From Candidatus Saccharimonadota bacterium (GTDB taxonomy: Bacteria > Patescibacteriota > Gracilibacteria > UBA1369 > 2-02-FULL-48-14), in NCBI GenBank assembly GCA_016699145.1, contig CP064962.1:180001-212000 (forward strand): 32,000 nucleotides of DNA, read 5' to 3'. The notes under the pieces are model-generated. The model was not told the DNA's origin, did no database searches, and worked only from the letters and a program-made list of their open reading frames with translations. How positions within the stretch are numbered: position 1 is the first letter of the stretch; each line of letters starts with the position of its first letter. A program made the translations under genes and the position numbers. Shown here piece after piece: positions 16,375 to 24,354 of this stretch.

Positions 16375-16461
16375 GCGCAGGTGGCGAAATTGGCAGACGC
16401 ACTACCTTGAGGTGGTAGCTCCCTTACGGGATTGGAGGTTCAAATCCTCTCCTGCGCACCA
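16375..16461 (+). tRNA. tRNA-Leu (anticodon GAG), long variable arm, encoded CCA
   Basis: Acceptor GCGCAGG/CCTGCGC, anticodon arm CTACC-TTGAGGT-GGTAG, extended variable arm, T arm GGAGG-TTCAAAT-CCTCT, discriminator A, then CCA. Confidence 0.9.
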
Positions 16462-16499
16462 TCTCTCCGTCCTCACTGCCAAGGACACCCCACACATGT

Positions 16500-16576
16500 G
16501 GGCGCTTAGCTCAGTTGGCTAGAGCATCTCGTTTACACCGAGAGGGTCGGGGGTTCGAATCCCTCAGCGCCCACCA
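16500..16576 (+). tRNA. tRNA-Val (anticodon TAC), encoded CCA
   Basis: Acceptor GGGCGCT/AGCGCCC, D arm GCTC-AGTTGGCTA-GAGC, anticodon arm TCTCG-TTTACAC-CGAGA, T arm GGGGG-TTCGAAT-CCCTC, discriminator A, then CCA. Confidence 0.9.
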
Positions 16577-16644
16577 GATTCGGAAAGACAGCCGGCCTTC
16601 AGGTCGGGTGGCTTTGCGATGTCTGCGAAAATCCTGTGAGCGTC

Positions 16645-16661
16645 ATCCCTCAGCGCCCACC
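16645..16661 (+). repeat. 17-nt exact direct copy of the tRNA-Val 3' end (ATCCCTCAGCGCCCACC)
   Basis: Identical to 16559-16575 (T-arm 3' strand plus acceptor 3' strand). It overlaps the stop codon and the last codons of the minus-strand M23 peptidase gene. Confidence 0.85.
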
Positions 16662-17225
16662 CTCCCATTTATAAAGCACTTCCACCAGTTCCCCCCAGGT
16701 TACGGCCTGGGTCGGCGAACGTTTTTCTTGAATGAGTCCACGCTGCTGAGCCCAATCCATGGCCTTGTCGGACCAATGAGGAGGCACAGTGACTTTTTTA
16801 AGATAAGCCAAAGGATCAATATTGTAGCCCTTATAGACCAACTCCGTGCGGCGCATGACCTCCCCACCTGCTTCAGGCTGTGCCGCCAGCACCTCAAAAT
16901 GCAAGTGAGGGCCGCTGGTCACACTGCCTGTGTTGCCCGAACGTGCAAAAACCGACCCTGCCTTCACCGAATCACCCGCTTTCACTAAAAACTCACTCAA
17001 ATGTGCAAAAACCAAGATATTCCCTTCCACATCTTGACCATATAAAACCTTGCCCATTTGAGGCTGTTCACGCAACGTTAAAACCTTAAAAGGAATGGGG
17101 AAAGTCAAATCGCTGCCCAAACGTGCCCCTAAATCCACCCCAGTATGACCTCGCGTAGGGTCGTATTCCTTGCGAGAACGGCTGCGGTAAGGATTCGTAA
17201 CCCGAAAACCTAAGTATGTATCCAT
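16650..17225 (-). CDS. M23 (LytM-type) peptidoglycan metalloendopeptidase with a short C-terminal tail
   Basis: 191 aa. HTGVDLG (HxxxD) and GPHLHFEV (HxH) are the M23 zinc motifs. The C-terminal tail is PPHWSDKAMDWAQQRGLIQEKRSPTQAVTWGELVEVLYKW. Confidence 0.8.
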   Translation of the reverse strand: MDTYLGFRVTNPYRSRSRKEYDPTRGHTGVDLGARLGSDLTFPIPFKVLTLREQPQMGKVLYGQDVEGNILVFAHLSEFLVKAGDSVKAGSVFARSGNTGSVTSGPHLHFEVLAAQPEAGGEVMRRTELVYKGYNIDPLAYLKKVTVPPHWSDKAMDWAQQRGLIQEKRSPTQAVTWGELVEVLYKWEGGR

Positions 17226-17250
17226 AAAAAGAAGGTTAGCAGATTAAAAG

Positions 17251-17530
17251 TCAACGCTGCCCCAACTCCGCCATCTTTTCACCAAACAAATATCCAAGAC
17301 CCAAAGTGACAATGGGCACAACCATTTCGAAAAGACTGCCTTGGTCTCCCTTGTAAAAAATAAGCGATCAAAGCCCCCAAAATCAAAATCAAAATAATAA
17401 GCCCGGCAATGTTGCGAGCCGCGTTGGTTCCCGTACCAAAAAGTTTACCCAACACTCCAGCCTGCAAACGGCGTTCAGCCAAATTGACCGAAGGGTCTTC
17501 CATGGAACTGGGAACTTTAAGTACACTCAT
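17251..17530 (-). pseudogene. small two-TM membrane protein (holin-like topology), frame apparently broken at an A6/T6 run
   Basis: ATG at 17530 overlaps the upstream stop (ATGA). The product reads MSVLKVPSS...NIAGLIILILILGALIAYF. After the run at 17355-17360, the +1 frame reads YKGDQGSLFEMVVPIVTLGLGYLFGEKMAELGQR* (a second TM helix). The in-frame continuation is the implausible LQGRPRQSFRNGCAHCHFGSWIFVW*. Confidence 0.45.
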
Positions 17531-17889
17531 GATTTGGCTTGATAAAAAGTATAGTGAAGCAAGCGGCAATCAGAATCCGCCAAGGCATAGATTCGATAAT
17601 TCAAATACAAAGGCTTTTCATCGATCATACCGAGTTCAATGGGGCTCACATTTCCCGTACCTAAATCGTAATCAAAATTCACAAACTGCAATTCCAATTT
17701 ACGGTCCCCACACGGAAGCACTTCCACCCGTGGACGATGAGGGTCGATTTTTTCGGAATGAAAACTGAAAATAAACACCAAGTCTTCGCCTTCCAAAGGC
17801 AAAGTGAGCGTCAAAGGGTCCTCATGAAAAGTGATGACGGAGCCCGCCGCAATGATGTGATGACGTTTGGAATCTGCAGTGAGTTTCAT
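17527..17889 (-). CDS. hypothetical protein, 120 aa, probably beta-rich, no recognised family
   Basis: Clean ORF, translationally coupled (ATGA) to the downstream small membrane protein gene. Confidence 0.55.
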   Translation of the reverse strand: MKLTADSKRHHIIAAGSVITFHEDPLTLTLPLEGEDLVFIFSFHSEKIDPHRPRVEVLPCGDRKLELQFVNFDYDLGTGNVSPIELGMIDEKPLYLNYRIYALADSDCRLLHYTFYQAKS

Positions 17890-17906
17890 ACAAACCCATT
17901 ATCCCG

Positions 17907-19076
17907 CTACAACTCACTCTTCGCCAAGCGAACTTGAAGAGAGAGACTTTCCCCCTTGCGCCAGACTTCAACCTGAATCAGATCATTAATAGAATATCCG
18001 GCAATGGCATTTTGCAATGAAAAATATTCCGTGAGGGCTTTCCCATTCACCGAAAGCAAAACATCCCCTTCTTGAATTCCAGCCTCATCTGCAGGGCTAT
18101 CCTCCACCACTCCCGGGCCCGATTCAGGGTCGCCAATCACATAGGCTCCATGCTCCACACCCAAAGAAAAATGCTCTTGCAAACCAGGTGTCACAGGCAC
18201 ATAACGCACTCCAAAGAAAGGCCGTAAAATTTCTCCATGCTCTTGGTAAGACTTGAGCACCACTGCAATGTCATTGGAAGGAATGGCAAAGCCAATGCCG
18301 CTGGCCGTGCTGTCGATAGCGGTATTCATCCCCACCACTTCTCCAGCCAAATTGAGCAAAGGCCCCCCACTGTTGCCGGGATTGATGGCCGCATCGGTTT
18401 GTATGAGATTCACTAAATTTTCGGATCCAAAACCAGCTCCACTGGCCACAATTTGACGATCGCGCGCAGAAATGATTCCCAAAGTCGTGGTATTGGAATA
18501 TTCACCCAAGGCATTTCCGATGGCCAAAACAGGATCGCCCACCTGCAGCGCATCCGAATCAGCAAAATTCAAGTGAGGTAAATCCCCCAAACGTTCGTCC
18601 TCCCCCACAATTTGGACCAAAGCGATGTCATTCAAACTGTCTTTATCCAGCACCTGTGCTTCCAACTCAGTACCGTCATCCAAAATCACCACATACTCGG
18701 CTTCTTCATCTAAAACCACATGCTTATTAGTGACCACCAAACCCTCAGGACTCACCACAAAACCCGTGCCGCTGCTCACTTGCGAAAGCTCAGGCTCTTC
18801 ATTCTGATCAGGCTCAGTAGGTTCAGAAAATGGAAATGGACCGAATAAATTTTGATTGTAATATTCCGATAAATCTTTCAAAGCGACAATAGAAACCACC
18901 GCCGGAGCCGCTTCTTCAATCACGGAAGCGTAAGAGGTTCCATCAAAGTTCAGCTCGCTGGAAGGGTTGGACAAAGGCTCAGTCCCATGGAAAATCAAAG
19001 CCGCCACCAGCCCCCCTCCCAGTGCCCCAAAAAAGACTCCAGCAAAAGAAGAAAGAAGGAAAACTTTTTTAAGCAT
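17907..19076 (-). CDS. htrA: HtrA/DegP-family serine protease (trypsin-like domain plus PDZ)
   Basis: Catalytic triad contexts are TNKHVV (His), NDIALV (Asp) and NPGNSGGPLLN (Ser). A C-terminal PDZ-like region is present (GIQEGDVLLSVNG). Start chosen at MLKKVFLLSSFAG (19076); alternative starts are at 19115 (ATG) and 19136 (TTG). Confidence 0.85.
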   Translation of the reverse strand: MLKKVFLLSSFAGVFFGALGGGLVAALIFHGTEPLSNPSSELNFDGTSYASVIEEAAPAVVSIVALKDLSEYYNQNLFGPFPFSEPTEPDQNEEPELSQVSSGTGFVVSPEGLVVTNKHVVLDEEAEYVVILDDGTELEAQVLDKDSLNDIALVQIVGEDERLGDLPHLNFADSDALQVGDPVLAIGNALGEYSNTTTLGIISARDRQIVASGAGFGSENLVNLIQTDAAINPGNSGGPLLNLAGEVVGMNTAIDSTASGIGFAIPSNDIAVVLKSYQEHGEILRPFFGVRYVPVTPGLQEHFSLGVEHGAYVIGDPESGPGVVEDSPADEAGIQEGDVLLSVNGKALTEYFSLQNAIAGYSINDLIQVEVWRKGESLSLQVRLAKSEL

Positions 19077-19107
19077 AAAGATCATTAAAAGAAGTACACA
19101 AATTTTA

Positions 19108-19184
19108 GAGGCCATCTCAAAAAAAGGGAAGAGCAAGAACGCAGTGCCGTCTTAAGCACTCTGGTCTTTTTTTGAGATGGCCTC
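19108..19184. repeat. 17-bp perfect inverted repeat GAGGCCATCTCAAAAAA ... TTTTTTGAGATGGCCTC
   Basis: Arms are at 19108-19124 and 19168-19184, separated by 43 nt. It lies in the htrA 5' region / divergent intergenic region and covers the alternative htrA starts. Confidence 0.8.
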
Positions 19185-19247
19185 CGGCACTATTTTTGGC
19201 TTTACAAAAGAAAGCCCAGCCGTCACACTGTGCACGGTTTCAACCCA

Positions 19248-19799
19248 ATGACAAAACAACTCCTTCGAACGCAATTCAGGGAGAAGCGCCGTGCGCTGCT
19301 TCCAGACTTAGCCGGGGAAAAAAGCCTCGCCATTACTCGCAAACTTCTCGAACTCAAAGAATACAAAGACGCCACAAGCGTCCTTTTTTACGTCTCAATG
19401 CCCGAAGAAGTCGATACTCATCAAGTGATTCAAGAGACCCTCGCGCTCGGTAAGAAAGTCTACCTGCCCAAGATCAAAGGGGAAGTTCTAGCAATCTGCC
19501 CACTCAACCGTTTCGAAGAACTTCAACCTGGCGAATTCGGCATTTTAGAACCTTGCGAGCCCACCAGCCCCTCACATCCTGCCCACATCGACCTCATCGT
19601 GATTCCTGGCATCGCCTTCGACCAGCACGGTCACAGGCTCGGTCACGGCAAAGGCCACTACGACCGCTTGCTCAAAGAAGTGCACGGCTTTAAAGTGGGC
19701 CTCGCTTTCGACGAACAAATGGCCGACGACCTGCCCGTGGAAGCACACGACGTGCCTTTAGATCTGCTGCTTACGGACTCCCATTCCTTCACTTTTTAA
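19248..19799 (+). CDS. 5-formyltetrahydrofolate cyclo-ligase
   Basis: MTKQLLRTQFREKRRAL..., then DLIVIPGIAFDQHGHRLGHGKGHYDRLL, which matches the MTHFS family signature. The ORF is open from 19230. Confidence 0.8.
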   Translation: MTKQLLRTQFREKRRALLPDLAGEKSLAITRKLLELKEYKDATSVLFYVSMPEEVDTHQVIQETLALGKKVYLPKIKGEVLAICPLNRFEELQPGEFGILEPCEPTSPSHPAHIDLIVIPGIAFDQHGHRLGHGKGHYDRLLKEVHGFKVGLAFDEQMADDLPVEAHDVPLDLLLTDSHSFTF

Positions 19800-19832
19800 A
19801 CTGTCGCCTCGCGACCCTTAACCCCTTCCCTC

Positions 19833-21080
19833 ATGCTCCCTCACCTCCAAGCTCAAGACCCCGCCATCTATAGCGCCATCATGGCCGAGTCCAAGCGCCA
19901 AGCTGAAGAACTGGAATTGATCGCCTCTGAAAACTATGTATCCCCTGCGGTACTTGAAGCCATGGGAACTATTTTGACCAATAAGTATTCCGAAGGCTAC
20001 GTGGGCAAGCGTTACTACGCCGGACAAGTGAACATCGACACCGTCGAGACCCTTGCCATTGAACGCGCCAAACAGCTCTTCGGCTGCGACCATGTGAACG
20101 TTCAACCCCTCTCCGGTTCTCCCGCCAATGCCGCCGTTTATTTTGCGACCATCAAACCCGGAGACAAAGTGCTCGGACTCAGCCTCGACCATGGAGGACA
20201 CCTCTCTCACGGTCATCCCGTGAACTTCAGTGGAATGCTCTACGACTTCGTGCGTTACGGCGTGGAAGAGAACGGCTACATCGACATGGATAAGGTGGAA
20301 GAAATTGCCCTGCGTGAAAAACCCAAGATGATTGTGGCCGGCTTCTCTGCTTACTCTCGCAATATGGATTGGAAGCGCTTCAAAGAAATCGCAGATAAAA
20401 TCGGAGCCATCACCTTTGCCGACATCGCACATATTGCCGGACTCATCGCCGGTCAACAACTCGAAAATCCCGTGCCCTACTTCGACATCGTGAGCACCAC
20501 CACTCACAAGACCTTACGCGGTCCTCGCGGAGCCATGATCATGTGCAAAGAAGCTTATGCTAAAGCCATCGACAAGGCCGTGTTCCCCGGAATGCAAGGC
20601 GGACCTCACGACCACATCAATGCCGCCAAGGCCGTGGCCTTTGCCGAAGCACTGAAGCCTGAGTTCAAGGAATACAGCCGCCAAGTGATCGCCAACGCCA
20701 AGGTGCTTGCCAGTGAACTCATGGCCAAAGGCTTCAAAATTGTCTCTGGAGGAACCGACAATCACCTCATGCTCATCGACACCATGGCCAGCAAAGGTGC
20801 ACCCGGTAAAGATGCTGAAAAAGCTCTGGAACTCGCCGGCATCTCCTGCAACAAAAACATGGTACCTTTTGACACTCGCTCTCCTTTCGATCCTTCTGGA
20901 ATCCGCATCGGAACCCCCGCCCTCACCACACGCGGCATGAAGGAAAATGAAATGCGCATCCTCGCAGGCTGGATCGACGAGGTCGTTTCCACCCCCACCG
21001 ACGCCGCCATTCAAGCCAAGGTGCTCGGGGAAGTGAAGGAACTTTGTAAGGGCTTTCCGGTACCAGGGATTGAGGCTTAG
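19833..21080 (+). CDS. glyA: serine hydroxymethyltransferase
   Basis: 415 aa. [25 protein letters not shown] and the PLP-lysine motif [13 protein letters not shown] are present. Confidence 0.95.
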   Translation: MLPHLQAQDPAIYSAIMAESKRQAEELELIASENYVSPAVLEAMGTILTNKYSEGYVGKRYYAGQVNIDTVETLAIERAKQLFGCDHVNVQPLSGSPANAAVYFATIKPGDKVLGLSLDHGGHLSHGHPVNFSGMLYDFVRYGVEENGYIDMDKVEEIALREKPKMIVAGFSAYSRNMDWKRFKEIADKIGAITFADIAHIAGLIAGQQLENPVPYFDIVSTTTHKTLRGPRGAMIMCKEAYAKAIDKAVFPGMQGGPHDHINAAKAVAFAEALKPEFKEYSRQVIANAKVLASELMAKGFKIVSGGTDNHLMLIDTMASKGAPGKDAEKALELAGISCNKNMVPFDTRSPFDPSGIRIGTPALTTRGMKENEMRILAGWIDEVVSTPTDAAIQAKVLGEVKELCKGFPVPGIEA

Positions 21081-21091
21081 GAATTTTGAAC

Positions 21092-21141
21092 AAAGTCCTG
21101 ACAAAAAACTGACGCACATTTCAGGTTTTATTCAGGACTTT
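21092..21141. terminator. 10-bp perfect inverted repeat (AAAGTCCTGA ... TCAGGACTTT) between the convergent glyA and phosphatase genes
   Basis: Arms are at 21092-21101 and 21132-21141 with a 30-nt loop, followed by TTG. The long loop makes it an atypical intrinsic terminator. Confidence 0.3.
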
Positions 21142-21259
21142 TGTAAATCCACTTTGCTAAACTCCATTTGTTCAGCTTGGGCCTAGGCCGGCGCTCACAG
21201 AAGTCCTGTCATTTTTATTCTATACAAAAACAAGAAAACCTGCAAGCCATGGCCCCCCT

Positions 21260-22837
21260 TCACTTCCTCTTCATCACCACAATCGTGATGTCGTCGAGGT
21301 GATTTTGCTCGCCAATGTATTGAAGCACATCGGCAAAGACAGCGTTTTTCACTCCTTCTGCCGTGAGCAGATCATCCCCCGCCTGTTGCACAATGCGGCG
21401 CAGGCGTTGCATGCCATATTGCTCGTGATGTTCATTCTGAGCCTCGGGAAATCCATCCGAATAAAGCACAACGACATCGCCCGTCTCTAAAATCAGCTCT
21501 TGAACTTGAAGAAGATTTTCAATGTCGTCCACCATTCCAAACGCAATGCCCGGCAATTTCACTTCGGTGACCTTCTTACCTTTAGCACTGTAATGCAAAA
21601 GAGGGAGATGACCGGCATTCAAATAAGCAAGGCGACCCGTTACAGGGTTCCAACGAGTGAGCCCCATGCTCATGAACATGGCACTGGAAGATTTTTTTCG
21701 TATCACCTCATTCAAAGAAAGCGCCAAGGTTTTGAGGTTCGATTCATCCCGTAAGGAATAAATGAGCCCATTGGCAATGGAAGACAAAATTCCCGCAGGC
21801 ACTCCATGCCCACTCACGTCTCCAAGGTAAATGAGGGTTTCCCCCGAAGCGGTGGGAATGAAATCAAAGGCATCTCCTCCAATTTCCGTAGCAGGATCCA
21901 AACCGCCCGCCAAGTCCAAGCTGGGCAATTCAACGCGCTCTTTGGGCAAAAGATCCGCCTGAATTTTAGCCGCCAATTCCAGTTCTTTAACCACGCGTTC
22001 TTTGTAAAGACGCACTTCCAAGGCCGCCGCCAAATCATTGGCCATTTGATTGAAAGTGGAAGCGAGCACTCCCACTTCATCCTTGCCTTTCACCAAAACG
22101 CGAGTGGTGAAGTCGCCAGTGGCCAACTTCAAAGCCCCTTCTTTAAGAGCTTTGAGCGGACGTGTCACACTCACAGAAAGCATGTAAGAAAGCAATAAAG
22201 TCAATAACATGCCCACCAGAGCAAAAATGCCGATTTGCATTTTGGCCGCAGCAAGACGCTGCTCCATGAGTTCATAAGTCACCCGGTAGCTCAAGGCATA
22301 AGCGTTTCCATAAGGCACCACAATGTCGAGCACCCGTTCCGAAGGCAAAGGAGCCTCCACCGGGTTTTCATTGAAATTCACATAAGAAACCTGCTTGTCT
22401 TCATCGGTTTTCACATAAACAACGCGACCACTATCGAGAAGCAAAGACATTTTATTGGCCTGGATGCGCTCAATTTCAGACGCCTGAGTCACGGTACGCA
22501 AAGAGCCTTCATAACGCGACGTTTGCTCTTGGGAAGCCACGTATAAAACCACCCCTCCATAGCTGGTGATTTGCACGTCTGAGATGGAGGTGTTTTGGCG
22601 CAGCAAAGATGAAAGTTCCCGGCTGAAAGCCAAATAATTTCCAGGCTTAAGATACTGCTCGTAAGCCTCCACCATTTTTGCAGCAGTGAGCTCAGAAAAA
22701 CTTTGACTGCCCTCCGAAATATCCAAGGAAAGTTCTTGAGTTTTTGCATCCACCAAAAAAAGTCCGAGCACGGTAAAAAGAAGCAAGATCAAAGTACCGA
22801 AGGCTAAGATGAATTTTGACTTGAGCGAACGAAACAT
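21260..22837 (-). CDS. membrane-anchored sensor phosphatase: N-terminal TM, periplasmic-type domain, TM, HAMP, PP2C/SpoIIE (RsbU-like)
   Basis: 525 aa. HAMP: VTRPLKALKEGALKLATGDFTTRV...STFNQMANDL. PP2C/SpoIIE: GGDAFDF...LGDVSGHGVPAG...YSDGFPEA. It has one of the few clear SD sequences (AAAGGAG) upstream. Confidence 0.8.
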   Translation of the reverse strand: MFRSLKSKFILAFGTLILLLFTVLGLFLVDAKTQELSLDISEGSQSFSELTAAKMVEAYEQYLKPGNYLAFSRELSSLLRQNTSISDVQITSYGGVVLYVASQEQTSRYEGSLRTVTQASEIERIQANKMSLLLDSGRVVYVKTDEDKQVSYVNFNENPVEAPLPSERVLDIVVPYGNAYALSYRVTYELMEQRLAAAKMQIGIFALVGMLLTLLLSYMLSVSVTRPLKALKEGALKLATGDFTTRVLVKGKDEVGVLASTFNQMANDLAAALEVRLYKERVVKELELAAKIQADLLPKERVELPSLDLAGGLDPATEIGGDAFDFIPTASGETLIYLGDVSGHGVPAGILSSIANGLIYSLRDESNLKTLALSLNEVIRKKSSSAMFMSMGLTRWNPVTGRLAYLNAGHLPLLHYSAKGKKVTEVKLPGIAFGMVDDIENLLQVQELILETGDVVVLYSDGFPEAQNEHHEQYGMQRLRRIVQQAGDDLLTAEGVKNAVFADVLQYIGEQNHLDDITIVVMKRK

Positions 22838-22864
22838 GCCGTACTCCTTTAAATCATCTGATCA

Positions 22865-24342
22865 TTATAACACAGTTTCAATGATTTCTGAAGCCCAAAG
22901 CTGGCCATCCAAACGAAGCTTCCAATAAAGCCCCGGCTGAAAACCATAAAGCGTTTTAGCCTCAAAGAGCGGGATCATATTTTTATCCTCCAAAAGTCGC
23001 TGTGAAACCGCATTCAAAACCGAGCGCCTTTCCTCTGGTGACAAAGAAGTCGCCGCCGTTTCAATCCACTCATCCAAAGCCGGATCGGCATAAGCCAAGC
23101 CATTGAATTCCCCATAAGCCCCCTCTTGAGAATGCACCACGGATTCATAAAAATCCGCCACATCGGCGAGTTCATACTTCCATCCAAAAAAATAAAACTC
23201 CGATTGAGCCGCCTGAATTTTCTCTTCTAAATCCTGAGGATTCAAGACATTCACCGTCACCTCCACGTCGATTTGACTCAAATCCTGAGCAATGGCCTCA
23301 CCCAAAACTTCCAGACCCACGGGCAAGTCCAAGATGACCGACACCTCACCGGGAACCAAATCCCGAAAACGCTGAGCCACAAGCAAATCGGTTTCACGTG
23401 CAGGACTTTCTGGCAAATAACCAAAAATACCCCGAGCCGCATATTGATCCGTATCTTCTAAAAACCCACCGCCAAAAGAGGAAGCATAATCGGTGGAAAG
23501 CGCATGCCACACGGCTTCTCTCAAGTTGGAATTGGCAAAAACACCTTCCCGACTCATCATCAAATAGCTCACTTCCAAACTAGGAAATTCCAATAAATCA
23601 TAGGCTTCTTCCTGCAAATTTTCCACATACTGCGGAGGCACATTCGCAAGCACGTGATAGCTTCCGTCTACAAATCCGTTGTAGCGCTGTTCAGGGTCCG
23701 GCACATGATTCAAAGTCACAAAGGGAAAAAAGCCAAAGGTCCCCAGTAAGATTCAAATCGTTCTAAGGTCAAAGTATTTTGCGAAAATGCACTCACTCGA
23801 TAAGGCCCCGTTCCAATGGGCAGTTTAAAGTCCACATAGCCTTCGGGAAGCATGTACACATACGAAAGTTTATTCAAAAGCAAAGGATCGGGCTGCGTGG
23901 TGCGAAGCGTGAAGCGATAATCGCCCGTTTTTTGGACCTCCGAAAGCGTGGATAGCAGGGCCCCGAGCTCCGAATCCCCTTGCGCTTTGGCCAAGCTCAA
24001 AGAATACAGCGCATCGTCGGCATCAAAGGTCTCACCCGTATGGAATTGCACGCCTTGTCGCAATTGAAAATCCCAGGTGTATTCATCCAAACGTCCCCAC
24101 GAAACTGCTAAGGCTGATTCCATGTTGAAACTGCCATCGAAACGAAGCAAAGGTTCATAAATATTGCCCAAATATTTACGATCCGCCGAATTGTAACGCA
24201 GCGGAGAATAGTCCAAAAGAGGCTCGGCATAGGCAATGCTCAGCGTATCAAAACGAGGAGCCGGCGCTTTGAAGTCACTCAATTCTGCGCATCCAGTCAG
24301 GCAAAGCGCAAAGAAAAGCGTAAAGGCGAGGAGTCGTTTCAT
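22865..24342 (-). pseudogene. ABC-transporter family-5 substrate-binding lipoprotein (peptide/nickel type), frame broken at an A6/T6 run
   Basis: The N-part (24342-23716) starts MKRLLAFTLFFALCLTGCAE (lipobox) and ends ...ERFESYWGPLAFFPL*. The C-part continues in the -1 frame as PFVTLNHVPDPEQRYNGFVDG.... The junction is at 23726-23731. Confidence 0.7.
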
Positions 24343-24354
24343 GGCGTGGACAGT

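Noticed and set aside
16577-16644. A complete integrated element or prophage between the two copies of the tRNA-Val 3' core
   Set aside because: Only 69 nt separate the copies and they contain no ORF. At most this is a scar. No third copy of the 17-mer was seen to the right within the window.
16515-16988. 157-aa plus-strand ORF starting inside tRNA-Val and running antisense to the M23 peptidase gene
   Set aside because: It overlaps a tRNA gene and a well-supported peptidase gene. Its Arg/Cys/His-rich product is implausible.
19818-21119. Two long minus-strand ORFs (229 and 201 aa) antisense to glyA
   Set aside because: They are shadow ORFs of a GC-rich, strongly conserved gene. Their products (poly-Gly/His/Val, low complexity) have no recognisable features, and glyA fully explains the region.
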